DNA of 63,701 nt, filler included, from Phoronis australis (Eukaryota; Animalia; Phoronida), in assembly GCA_002633005.1 (NCBI GenBank). It is 11 parts of 11 records of this genome, joined end to end, with 100 filler letters (N's around TTAATTAATTAA, not from the genome) between each part and the next. Parts side by side here need not be neighbours in the genome. Positions count along the whole stretch, not along the records: positions 1 to 15,085 come from NMRA01001425.1; 10 more parts are not named here. One strand, written 5' to 3'. Shown here piece by piece: positions 1-12,850 of this stretch (its first letter is position 1; each line of letters opens with the position of its first letter). The notes beneath the pieces were generated by a model. It was given only the letters and a program-made list of their open reading frames with translations. It had not been told where the DNA came from and made no database searches. The position numbers and the translations under genes were made by a program.

Positions 1-264
1 GGATGTTTGGGGGTCAACACGTACGACAATCGCACTTTTTACATTGTCTTTTGGCTAGAAATAATAGCCCAGACTGGCATGTAATGATCTAAGCGTCCAT
101 TTAATTGTATCATCGAAAATAACCGCCAGTCCAGTATGCATGGTACTTAATTGAAACATTTGTTGATCGCTGGAAATGGTTACGAAATAATTATATGTAT
201 TTAAATACTAATAAATTCAAATTCATAAACAACAGAAATTACTCATCGCAAAACAATTCGTCGC

Positions 265-3200
265 TCATACGAGTCTTTCTCGTTCAGGGGTAAATTGCGT
301 CTTTTCGCTGGCTTTTGAGGTTTTATATGCGGTCTTCTTTGAGGACGAAAGATTAAAAGTTCCACTTTTTAACGATGACTGAGGGTCGATTGATGAAGCC
401 TTTCTGCTATCTTCGTTGACGGCTGTAGGGCTAGTGTCGGGTGCAATATAGTTCTACAATAAAAATACCACTGAAGTTATTAAGTGCCTCCTTAGGCTTG
501 AATAGATGAACGTCATGGAATGTCCTCAGGGTTTTAAAAACTTCACAGCCCATCTCACAAACTGGTTGATAGTGCCATCCTGCAGTTTGGTTACTACTTG
601 TGAATGGCTGCCGCTTTAGTTGTTTAGTTAGAAGAACGGGATTCATTTTACACACTCAACATGAGAAACTTTAATCAACTCACCTTAACAAAATTGTTTA
701 TAGATGTAAGCATACGACTGGAAAGGCTTGTGTCGTCTCGCAGTGAAATAGAGTCTTTAATGATTTGAGTAAGTGGTCGTGGTGCCTTTGTATTCGGGAT
801 CTTTAAAAAAATACTTGTTGATGAATGAAAACCATGTTAGGCGATATGTAGGTCTATATGCCACGTTGGAAACGACAAAAGACAGCACTTGGTTTTCTCT
901 ACTCAGGCAATTACAGTGTCTATCAACTTAACACCTTCGTTAGAACCTTTCTGCTGTGCAAACTTGTCAAAAACTTAAACAATATACCTTGGGATGTTAT
1001 CATTAAGCCAGAGCATAAAACAATTGCTTTCTCATGAATTCGAAACTTCAATTCAACGAATCAGTTTAAAGCCTGCATGAGCACTGTAGCTCTGTTGGAA
1101 ACGTCAGCAATACTATCTCAATAATATGCACTGACTGACGGCATGCCTACAAAATAAGACAAATTACCTTGACCTGACTTGGAAGTCGATTAACTGCGAG
1201 GTCTGTTACCTGAGGAATTGGCTGGAATTGAAATACAACAGCTTGAACTGCACCGTTGAAGTGTTGCTTTGAAAAAATTTGCAACTGTCATAAGGCATAC
1301 GAACAGGAGTTAAACAATCTGCGTTTGCGCCATGCATCATATGTCAGTAAATTACATTGTTGAGTGCGCACGAAACTTCGATCAATTGTACAGCAATGTT
1401 ACCAGTACATCCTTCACAGTCATGTTTGTTGTCTCTCCTCAACAATTAAAGCCTAATCCAGCGGCACTTTTGAAAACCATTGTTCTGGTTCATGTTTAGT
1501 AGTGCTTTGTTTCTTCAACAGATGGAGTTACCACTCCTTACTACACACATGTAGCGGCACCGTGGAAAGAATTTTTTTTCTAACAAAAATTGAGTGGCAG
1601 GTTCACCGCAGCTAACTTCATTTTTCTAATTTTGCGACTTGCTTAAAAAAAGGTATTGGGCGATGATTAGGCAATACCTATATTGTCTTGGTACACTCTC
1701 TTCCACGCAACAGTGAGTGTCAGTGAAATTAGGTAATGACTTCTTGTTCCTTGCAGTCATATTTTGGTCGAAATAGAGCTCATGCATATCATTTTTGCTT
1801 AATGAATCGCTTTATCCTTATATAAATCTGCATAGAAATTCGCCATTTAATTTTTTCTTACCTAAGTTTAAGGAACAAAGCAAAGCGAATAGTACCTGCG
1901 ACTTGCACTTGGATTTCCGTTTCACTTTACCAAGAACTTCTTTTCTATACTTCCTAAGTCAGTAAATAATATGTTAATTAACTGTAATAGAAATCATTGT
2001 CTGTTGCACCACAACGTTACATCCAAGATGTTTAAAGTACAAGATGTGTGACTGTTTACCTGTCTGACAATGATCTACTGCAATTTATCTGGAAGGTTTC
2101 TGAAGTATCAAACTGGACTCACCTGATCAGGTAAACAGAGCTTGCGATCACCATCAGAAACGACAGTATTCCGAATATTACCCCAAACGCAAACAGGCCT
2201 CCCCGCGTTTGTTCCATCTCCTCTAAAGGCGAAGGAGTCATGGGTACGCCAGGTTTATACACCTCCTCTTGATCGAAAAGCCCAGTGTCAGCTACATAAA
2301 CATCAGAGGCCATTCCATACTGACACATCATGCTTTGGGTAGTCAGTTTTAAAAGACCTGCATTTTGTCATCTCATGAAATGTATACATTGAAAACGAAA
2401 TCCAACAAAATACAGTGAACTTTTGAATAACAGATATCGAGTTGGACACAAAAATAACAGCAAACTCGCAATGGCTCATTATTACAGTGTCAAAATAAAA
2501 TTATTCAAAGTGTCACTCACAAATAACATACAAACGTGGCTCGCGTTCTACCGCCAGCTGCAGGGCTAAAACCAATGTCATTATCAACCACTAGATGGCG
2601 TAGACGTTTTCAACAATCATTTACAATTACTTACGAACGCAGGAGTATCCAAGGTCGGTGTCGTCTTCCTGGCATATAGTATTCTGTGGACACGTTTCTT
2701 GAGAGCAGGACTTTACTTTGTTTTCGCACAATACCCCTACCCATGATGGCTTGCACAGACAGACAAAGCCAATAGGAGTGTCCTAACAACAAAAATAGTT
2801 AACACCAAAAGTGACAGAAGTTGGATGTTTAATATGTCATAACAACCCGCAGTGATGTCTGGTAGATTTGAAAAGCGTCTCCGAACGACGACTCAATTGA
2901 GATTCAATCAATGAATTCTTAGATTCAAACTCAAAGTAGGTCGTGCAGTTTTACTGTAGTCCAACTAAATGAGCACTCTACATTTTAAATCAAAATTCGT
3001 TCGCTACTGAGGAGCCGATGCAAAACCGAGCTCTGTAAGAAAAACGATATTTTGACTTATACCAGTTACCGCTATCAAACTGGTCTCAATGTGTTCCTTA
3101 CGAGAAGTGATTTCCGGACTTTGAATGAACAGCCATTTGGTTCGCGCTCGAGTCTAAGCTCGCCGAACAAAATGACACGGCGTGATAATTCGGCTTGTGT

Positions 3201-6200
3201 AAGATAGGCCGTTGGGGGGAAAGTGTCGCCGTAAAATTACGTGCGCAAATTAATTCTTACTAGTGGCGTAAATTATTTGTGGCGTACATTATTTTTTGAG
3301 GCGTAAAGTATTTTTTGCGGTGTAAAGTAATTATTTGCGGCGTAAAGAAATTACTTCACGCCGCAAAGAATTACTTTACGCCGTTAACTTAGGTTAAGTT
3401 AATTTTTGTTAGAGGCGTAAAGTAATTATTTAAAGGCCTAAAGTAATTATTTGCGGCGTAATTGAAAGGCGTTAAGAAAATATTTGCGGCGTAAAGTAAT
3501 TATTCGTGGCGTAATTTTACGACGACCCTTTGACCCCGACGGCCATTCATACTTGTTGGGCATTTTCTCAAGCAATAACGAATTTGTCCGTTCTTTCCAA
3601 GGCAAGAAATATCTTCGAACATGAATAATGAACAATTTGATGCCAATTTTATTACTATAGTCTAACTTTTTTTCTGACAGAACAAATTTTACTAACGACA
3701 GACTTGTCAACTCTCAGTGAAATCGACACGACTGTGATATTTTGGTTCCTGTTTAGTTAATACACGAGCTTGAAAGTTAAAAGAAAAAATAACCTAGGTC
3801 CAGTAACGCTCACCTCACAAGTACCTCCATGAAGACACGGCCCATCGTCACATGTTCCCTTCTCCTCGCAATTAACCCCGGAGAAGCCGATCCGACATTC
3901 ACATCTGTACGTCGATTTGGCACCCTCTAACTTCTCTTTCATTGTCAGCTCGACACATGTTCCCTCGTTTTGGCATGGCGTTACAGTGCAACCTTTTAAC
4001 TCCGCCTCACAATGAGAGCCTAAGGACGTGTACTACGCAGTGTAACGCGCACGAAACGCAAAACTAAATCAGACTTCTCACTAAAGCTAACGTCTTATTT
4101 TGATATATTAACATAGGTCAAAAACGACATATCTATCCAATTCTTTGATATAAAATAATGCTCTGTAACACACGACAACCCTCAAAAGTTTGGAGGACAT
4201 TTTGAAAACTCTTTTCAAAGTCTAATAAACGGGCACGCGAATTACACGGCGACTGTGGGGAAAGACCACCCTCCAAGAACCATAATAACCCATCTTTGAC
4301 AATGGAAGTATGAGTTTTTATCTGATTTCTGCTTTTATCATTCAAGATTGATGCCATTGATGCATTAGTAGGTGACAAAATAAAGGTTGGGCTTAAATCA
4401 TCAAAACAGGACTTAGTATCCTTTTAAGGAAGATTTTCACATTACGAAGTATATTGACTCCTTTGCAGTTACATTAGTACACACAAAGTCTCTCCGTCAA
4501 GTTAGAAGACTGTGAACTTATATACCGCCTTTCAGCAGTGAATTCCAATACGTCAGTCAAAATGGGATGTCATGAAATCTGTGACATTCATGATACATAT
4601 AATTCTTAGTATGTTAGTTTGATAGTGTTATTTCTTATTGATATTATTTCTTTGCTAGCCAATTGTTTTTGTTTATAGAAACTTGTTTTGGCTGTCAGCT
4701 GAGTCAGCGACCAACCCATCCGATGCATCCACACATGTTTTGATGATCTCTGTAGTAAACAAGATTGCGTAACGGTCATTCACAGAAACATTGCCTCAAG
4801 ACAGCTGACCATTACCATATATGGCAAACACAACAGAGTAGTTCAGATGATTGTTGTGAAAGTTTTTAGAGTTGCTTCCTGTTATTTTCCTGTAGAATAT
4901 TGAATCATAAGGTTTAGTGCATGCAACCCACACATTTGTGACTTGTATATAAATCCGTTCACTTGTCTAATAAAGAGTCCTCATCTTGCTACTGCCAGTT
5001 GCTTGACTAGTGTAATTGAGTGTTCCACACTTAGTTACTGAATACAACCATCTCACTGACGGACCGAGACTGTCCACAACACAACACAACGCTGCTACTA
5101 AGTCGAGTTATTCTCCACTATTCTACTACATAGCCAGAATTTCCCCACATGGGAGTCGTCAATTAAGCTCATTCATTAACGCGTCAACAAGTATTGTTTT
5201 TTAACACAAAATAATTACTAACATTTACAAAGTGTTGCATTCGAATAAATCACTCAATGCAGAGGCATTTGTGTTCAAGACATTGTGACATGCACTGTAC
5301 ACGATTGTTTTTATGTAGGAGTAAGTATAGAGGCATCCTAATTCTTGATGTCACATTAAAGAGATGGAGTTAGGATCAAAGTTTCGATAGTCGTTAATGA
5401 AACCTCATGTGGCTGTGAGATTTAGGGGCAGGCTACAGCTGATATAATCCTTAGTTGATGGTGCACCACACTGACTGCTGTATCATTTGATAATTTAATG
5501 ACTTGCCTGTATATAACTGTGGACAGAGACACTCGTAACTGCCCTCTATGGGTAGTTGTACTTTTTCGAGGGAGTGTTCCATTGCTTCTCGATAGTTGAC
5601 TTCTTCCGCTGTTATACACGTGCCTGAAAAAATAAGCTGAAATTAAACTTTATGACTTCAAAAGATTTAGCAACAAGTTAACTCTAGGGGAATACAAGGG
5701 TAAAGAAAATTGTCCATAATTTCGTTGGACACATCCATATTTACAGCTGTTACAAACACACCTTTAGTTGAAAACTCATACATTTAACCGAGACCACTTG
5801 CTCTTGTAACAAGAGGCGTTGACATGAGCCCAGGATGAATCGCACATGATATGTTTCTAAACGCTACTAGGAGGTGCGGACTGACATCATTTGATTTTCG
5901 GGATGATTGAAAAATCCTCGTCGAGTTCGAACAATGGAGCTAGGTGTTACAGTAGTCAAATCTGTCCCAAAATTTAATCCTGCCGGAGCATTGATCACAC
6001 ACCTTTGTATGAAGTTTCATTGAAATCCGTCTATCCGTTCTCTAGATGTCATTCGGAAACGCTCTTCCCCCCAAAAACACAGGATAAGTCACACCCCTAT
6101 GACACCAGAAGGCGGACCAAATTGAAAAGTGGCACAAACCGTTCTAGTCATGCCTACATCCTTATGCCAAACTTTGTCAGGGATTTTGAGATATCGAGAG

Positions 6201-6238
6201 GATACCCGGACAATTGACGACAATATGCCACCACATGG

Positions 6239-6276
<38 letters not shown>

Positions 6277-9200
6277 NTGTGCGTGTGTGTGCGTATGCGT
6301 GTGAGAGCGTGTGCGCGCATAAAAATGGTGTCATACTTAGATCAGAAGCGATTTATGGGCTTATCAATTGGTCATTTTAGGCGTTCAGCGTGGCTTCCAA
6401 CAACAACAAATTACCAGTTCTTTACAATCTCAAAAGTCAAATCTAATCTGAATAAGAAACAAAGTGGGAAAGTTTTAGAAAGCCAAGCGACTTAACTAAA
6501 AGTCAGTGTGTGACACAATACGGCTTTTTATCCCATACGCGTTGAATTTGTCGAGGGAAATACGGCCATGTAATAAAGTTTTCCTTATTCACCTCCCGCA
6601 CTACTTCAAAAGTGACCTCTGACATGAAAAGTTCAAAAGGTAGGTCAATGTCGACTCGACGTCGTTAGCCGGTTTGATCACCAAATTTCGGAAAATAGTT
6701 TAAAGTAATACAATTATAGCAGTGTAAATAACGCTCAACATACAATCAGGTCTCAGTCGTAACATCTGGAACAAGACGGTTAATTATATGACAGTTATGT
6801 CTCAGTTTTCATTTGCTAAATATTTTATCGTCTGCAACTCTGGCGCCGATTCATCGGTAAACACTATATAAAATGTTGTTATTTAACTATTTTCAGGAGA
6901 TGTTACAAGTTTAATGAAAAGTTACCCTTGTTTTGATCTTTGTCATCTCTTTTCAAGAAATGAATCGTCATATTTAAAACTGTTTCTTTCATTAGAGAAA
7001 ACTTCCAGCCTAACGCGCAAGTACATACATATAGGGTGTGATCCGCCACGTGAACAGTCTGAGTGAAGTATTTAAAAAAAATGCGGAAGAAACTGAAAGA
7101 AACTTAGGAATTCGAAGTGTATGGGATAAATACAAAACGTACCTCGATTGGCGTACATGAAGTAATATCCCACTCGACATAATTCCTTGTACGCGTAATA
7201 TCTCGTGGGATATTACTTCATGTACGCCACTCTCGGTATGTTTTGTTTATGTATTAGCTTTGACATCAGCACAACACCACGCGTTGTGCGGACACGTGTC
7301 GTACAAAGCGTGTGGAATACACACCATTTCATTTTTAAGTGCACGAGCGGAGTTTTAAGAAACAAAATGAAACAGCATACCTCCGTTTGCGCAAGGGTTT
7401 CGTGCACACGCCATGTTGGTCTTTGAACAATTCTTGCCTGCGTAGCCCGGTATACACTGACACATAAATGTGGCCTCCTCCGATCCATCGTTCAAGTCAG
7501 GGATGCATTTTGCACGATGGACGCAGGGAGACGAGTCGCAAGGATTGTTCTGAATTTGACATACTGGTCCGGAGAACCCAGGCTTGCAATGGCAACTGTG
7601 TATTGGAAAACACGGCACAAAGAGTTATGTTCATTGAGACTATGATCCGACTGACATCGCCTTGCATGTAACAGCGTGCAGAAACACAGCAATAATAAAA
7701 TCAGACGATTTTAACTACGCGATTGCTAAGAGAATTCCAATTGCTTATAAGTGTCAAGAATTTGTAGACAAATTTCACTTCTATGAGATAGCCTACATCG
7801 GTGACTTCATTGTTTTGCTACAGCAGGTTTTGCTGCAAAATAGAGAACCCAAACCCCAATCATATTTTTCATCTGGTGTGGCACATTTAATATTGAAATT
7901 AATTTTAAATTGAAACAATAGAACGCATGGCACATGCTTGAGCTAAAACGTACTTCCTATCAAAATTGTCTACTCACATGTAGACATCTTTTCCACCTAT
8001 GTCACAGATTCCACCATGTTGGCATGGATTGTGGTCACACGGGTGTTCTTGGCAGAACGGTGGCTTATACCCTAACGCGCATATGCATCTGAAGTTGTCA
8101 GGACCTGTCTCATGACATAAACCTCCATTTAGGCAGGGGCTGCTAAGACAAGCTTTGAACGAGTTCTGACAATAGGCACCTCCAAAACTTGGCGGACACG
8201 CACAGTGCATGTGCTCGTTTTCCATCGTGCACGTTCCGTTGTTTTGACAGGGCTCGTTCCAGCACACGTTTTGGACGTCACAGCTTTCCCCCACCCAGCC
8301 CGGGTGACAAGCGCAGACGAAGTTGTTTGCACGTGGCACGCAGTGACCGTTCAAGCACGGCACGCCATTGTCTTGGCAGTCGTCTTGAATCAGAACGGGG
8401 TCGCCGTTCAACCCATGGCGAAACAGATCATTGTCCCAGCCATGGTCACAGTTAATACCCGCGTAGCCTTCCTCGCACTGGCAATGGTAACCGGATTCTT
8501 CTTCAGGAACATTGGTACACGTGCCGTGTGCGCAAGGTTCTTCGTCACAAGCGTGCACCGTGATTTTAATGCGATGGTTGAACGGAATTTCGCATATTTT
8601 CCCAGTCCATCTGCCTCTGCACTCACATACATAACCTTCCTTAGTGTTCGGCACGTTTACACAGTTGCCGTTGTTTTGGCACGGGCGTGAGTCACAAGAT
8701 AATATTGGAGGCTTTTTCATCAGAGCCTTGTCTTTATCCGTATGGATCCTTTCGTCACACGGGTCCCCCGTCCATCCAGGAAAACATTCGCAGACAGGAC
8801 CGTCACGCGTGTAGATGCACTTCCCATTAAAACAATTCGACTGTTCAATGCACGGCGTTGAAAATGGAGGTGTGGTCGGTTTGATAGCGTTGGTGCATCG
8901 TTCGCCTTCCCAACCAAACGTACATTTGCAATAAAACTTTAGCTTCCGAGATATCATTTTAACACAATTTCCGTGAACACAATCGAGTTTTTCGCAAACA
9001 TCCTTTTTTAGAATGGATGGTTTGGGAGGTTTTCGTTTACCCACAACAACCTTATGGCGCACGGCCATTACCACGTGNACATGTATAGGATGTGATCCGC
9101 CACGTGAACAGTCTGAGTGAAGTATTTAAAAAATATGCGGAAGAAACTGAAAGAAACTTAGGAATTCGAAGCGTATGGGATAAATACAAAACCTACCGAG

Positions 9201-12200
9201 AGTGGCGTACATGAAGTAATATCCCACTCGACATTATTCCTTGTAGGCGTAATATCTCGTGGGATATTACTTCATGTACGCCACTCTCGGTACGTTTTGT
9301 TTATGTATTAGCTTTGATATCAGCACAACACCACGCGTTGTGCGGACACGTGTCGAACAAAGCGTTTGGAATACACACCATTTCATTTTTAAGTGCACGA
9401 GCGGAGTTTTAAGAAACAAAATGAAACAGCATACCTCCGTTTGCGCAAGGGTTTCGTGCACACGCCATGTTGGCCTTTGAACAATTCTTGCCTGCGTAAC
9501 CCGGTATACACTGACACATAAATGTGGCCTCCTCCGATCCATCGTTCAAGTCAGGGATGCATTTTGCACGATGGACGCAGGGAGACGAGTCGCAAGGATT
9601 GTTCTGAATTTGACATACTGGTCCGGAGAACCCAGGCTTGCAATGGCAACTGTGTATTGGAAAACACGGCCCAAAGAGTTATGTTCATTGAGACTATGAT
9701 CCGACTGACATCGCCTTGCATGTAACAGCGTGCAGAAACACAGCAATAATAAAATCAGACGATTTTAACTACGCGATTGCTAAGAGAATTCCAATTGCTT
9801 TTATAAGTTTCAAGAATTTGTAGACAAATTTCACTTCTATGAGATAGCCTACATCGGTGACTTCATTGTTTTGCTACAGTAGGTTTTGCTGCAAAATAGA
9901 AAACCCAAACCCCAATCATATTTTTCATCTGATGTGGCACGTTTGATATTGAAATTAATTTTAAATTGAAACAGTAGAACGCATGGCACATGCTTGAGCT
10001 AAAACGTACTTTCTATCAAAATTGTCTACTCACATGTAGACATCTTTTCCACCTATGTCACAGATTCCACCATGTTGGCATGGATTGTGGTCACACGGGT
10101 GTTCTTGGCAGAACGGTGGCTTATACCCTAACGCGCATATGCATCTGAAGTTGTCAGGACCTGTCTCATGACATAAACCTCCATTTAGGCAGGGGCTGCT
10201 AAGACAAGCTTTGAACGAGTTCTGACAATAGGCACCTCCAAAACTTGGCGGACACGCACAGTGCATCTGCTCGTTTTCCATCGTGCACGTTCCGTTGTTT
10301 TGACAGGGCTCGTTCCAGCACACGTTTTGGACGTCACAGCTTTCCCCCACCCAGCCCGGGTGACAAGCGCAGACGAAGTTGTTTGCACGTGGCACGCAGT
10401 GACCGTTCAAGCACGGCACGCCATTGTCTTGGCAGTCGTCTTGAATCAGAACGGGGTCGCCATTCAACCCATGGCGAAACAGATCATTGTCCCAGCCATG
10501 GTCACAGTTAATACCCGCGTAGCCTTCCTCGCACTGGCAATGGTAACCGGATTCTTCTTCAGGAACATTGGTACACGTGCCGTGTGCGCAAGGTTCTTCG
10601 TCACAAGCGTGCACCGTGATTTTAATGCGATGGTTGAACGGAATTTCGCATATTTTCCCAGTCCATCTGCCTCTGCACTCACATACATAACCTTCCTTAG
10701 TGTTCGGCACGTTTACACAGTTGCCGTTGTTTTGGCACGGGCGTGAGTCACAAGATAATATTGGAGGCTTTTTCATCAGAGCCTTGTCTTTATCCGTATG
10801 GATCCTTTCGTCACACGGGTCCCCCGTCCATCCAGGAAAACATTCGCAGACAGGACCGTCACGCGTGTAGATGCACTTCCCATTAAAACAATTCGACTGT
10901 TCAATGCACGGCGTTGAAAATGGAGGTGTGGTCGGTTTGATAGCGTTGGTGCATCGTTCGCCTTCCCAACCAAACGTACATTTGCAATAAAACTTTAGCT
11001 TCCGAGATATCATTTTAACACAATTTCCGTGAACACAATCGAGTTTTTCGCAAACATCCTTTTTTAGAATGGATGGTTTGGGAGGTTTTCGTTTACCCAC
11101 AACAACCTTATGGCGCACGGCCATTACCACGTGCTTGGAGCCATAGGGCTCCATCTTAGGTTTCTTGTGCTTAACTTTTTCTTTACAAAATTCACCCTTG
11201 TATCCGTTGTAGCACCTACAATGAAATCGCAGACGACCACGATTGATACATAGGCCGTGCGGACGACAGAGGCGACCTTTACGATGACAGGGTGACATGA
11301 GGCGCGGCTTCAACGCAGACATGTCAATCTTTATTTCACAAAAGTCACCAATGTATAACGGCTTGCAAATGCACCTTATGCGATCTACTCCCATAGGAAC
11401 ACAGGTGCCGTGCTTTCCACAGGGAGCTCTATATGAGTGACAAGGATCTGCCGCCTGCACAGTTTCAGGGCCTGGAGTAGGAACTTTGGCGGGCCAGTCA
11501 TTTGAATGGAATCGCAGAATCGCTGGTGTTGTTGGAGTGGTGGGAGGACTTCTCCATCGCGTCGTCGACTTGTACACAATTTTCTGAACCTCCTTACAGT
11601 GTACACCCTTATAGTGCAGCTTGCATTTGCAGAACCAGTTGTTCCCCCCTTGGTGAACGCACTTCCCATTGGGTAAGCACACGTGTCGCTTTGCCCAACA
11701 CGTCTTTAACAGTACCTCTTGGACCCGGTTCTTGTGTTTCTTTGGTTCGCTGTGATCCGCTTGGTCAAACAAAAAAGCTCGAGTATAACTCAGGAAGGTT
11801 ACCAAATTCAAAACTGCAAAAGAAGCACAATACGTTCATGGTGGTGTGATTCAAGTCCTTAGCAACATGATACGTTTTATACTACGTTGATGACACTCGG
11901 TAACGGCAGCACCTCTATAAGGCGCCACTCCTACGGCTACGTACATTATGCTGGTGTCAAGCAGTTGTATGCGCAGAGCCCCAACGCTAACTGTAGGCTA
12001 AGTCCGCCTACATTCGTACAGGGTATTTAGACCAGTTAGGAAGTCTCTAGATTATATACAAAATAAACACACTGACAAAAAACGGTGGTTATACATTCTT
12101 TTCAAAAGTAGCAATCAAATAATAACAAGATGAACTCTGTCAGGAAACCAATGTTTTAGAGGAATGAGAGTCGAATTCGCAGTACAGGTCTGATTGTACT

Positions 12201-12586
12201 TAACATGTCATGTTTAAAAATACAACGCTAAACCAAATAAAATAAGCATCTGATTGTACTAGTTAGGTAACCAGAGCTTTGTCAGTCATAGGTACGTTAG
12301 ATAAAGCGACATTTTAGCTTATTCATACAACTAGACCGCCCAATGTTTGTTTCCCTCGTTCTACCATCACTGCTCCGATACGACAAGGTTTTGGTATTGA
12401 GGCACGCTAAGTTGTTTTTTGCCACACACTATGTTGTATGGCCATCCCGAAATTCCATTGCCAAATACTCCATCCTTCGAATCGCACTTATTTTGCAGGT
12501 CGTGTGAGAGGAAACAAACCTCGCTTTATGAAGTTCGAACAACTGGGCACATAAAATCAGCAGATCAACTTACCGGATAGCCTCAT
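265..12586 (-). CDS. Multi-EGF (about 16 EGF-like repeats) single-pass type I membrane protein with signal peptide and C-terminal ERLV; complete multi-exon gene
   Basis: Phase-consistent exon chain read by hand: 12586-12574 (MRLS), 11813-10034 (VLNLVTFLSYTRAF completing the signal peptide, then about 11 EGF), 9649-9435 (=7595-7381), 5623-5507, 4019-3814, 2782-2635, 2357-2123 (TM GLFAFGVIFGILSFLMVIASSVYLI), 1953-1896 (KYRKEVLGKVKRKSK stop-transfer), 1221/1209-1168, 800-716, optional 577-469, and 422-265 (..QFTPERERLV*). C-x-C-x2-G-x2-G-x2-C EGF spacing runs on across exon junctions. No DSL, LNR or laminin-G domain seen. Confidence 0.85.
3207..3544. mobile_element. MITE-like element with ~35-bp imperfect TIRs and an internal ~19-20-bp minisatellite (GCGGCGTAAAGTAATTATTT) in both orientations
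   Basis: Left end GGCCGTTGGGGGGAAAGTGTCGCCGTAAAATTACG; reverse complement of the right end GGCCGTCGGGGTCAAAGGGTCGTCGTAAAATTACG. Repeated GGCGTAAAGTAATT units lie inside. Intronic in the EGF gene. Confidence 0.7.
6240..6310. repeat. (GT)n microsatellite
   Basis: Directly visible GT dinucleotide run that decays into GTGC units. Confidence 0.95.
7027..11133. other. Near-identical 2.05-kb duplication (7027-9077 vs 9079-11133) joined by a single N; probable unmerged haplotype overlap (assembly artefact)
   Basis: Exonic and intronic sequence match apart from scattered substitutions. The junction is exactly the lone N at 9078. The copy of the large EGF exon at 7978-9077 begins mid-exon with no splice acceptor. 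Confidence 0.85.
9181..9303. repeat. Small foldback (hairpin/MITE-like) element, duplicated at ~7128-7250
   Basis: TACCGAGAGTGGCGTACATGAAGTAATATCCCAC ... GTGGGATATTACTTCATGTACGCCACTCTCGGTA form perfect ~34-bp inverted arms. Confidence 0.75.
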
Positions 12587-12850
12587 GTCTCTAACAAGTA
12601 TGCGATCCAGTAGAAAGCGAAGGACAACCGAAGAGTCATAACACGTACCCTCGTTACAACCGCATTTTATTTTCCGGTTGCTACGTATTGTTGTGACGTA
12701 ATCGCCAGTTACAATACTGACGTGAACGCAGCTTGTCGTAGTTTATCTGTGCATCTGACGTGGCCGTTTGTTTCATTCGTTGTAAACCGAGGCAAGAGAG
12801 TCACAAGTCTTTCTATAATTTCTGTACGAACCACGCCAAAACCGCGAAAA
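12587..12850. promoter_or_regulatory. Candidate bidirectional promoter with three CRE/ATF-type TGACGT cores
   Basis: 264 bp lie between the divergent ATGs (12586 minus, 12851 plus). TGACGTAA at 12694, TGACGTGA at 12718, TGACGTGG at 12756. Confidence 0.45.

Noticed and set aside
4550-5060. Possible solo LTR (TGT..ACA, TATA near 4946, AATAAA near 4969) with short inverted flanks
   Set aside because: No target-site duplication and no second copy in the window, so it cannot be supported.
5805-6238. Possible non-autonomous Helentron/pearl-like repeat before the GT microsatellite
   Set aside because: The resemblance is only impressionistic; termini and subterminal hairpins could not be defined.
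8129-10973. Many short overlapping ORFs on both strands of the EGF exons (also those antisense to BEL pol, PHYHIP-like and the archaeal ORF)
   Set aside because: Shadow frames of real coding sequence with no motifs of their own.
7027-11133. Apparent tandem exon duplication expanding the EGF array
   Set aside because: The copies are near-identical including introns, joined by a single N, and the second large-exon copy lacks an acceptor. This is typical of unmerged haplotype overlap.
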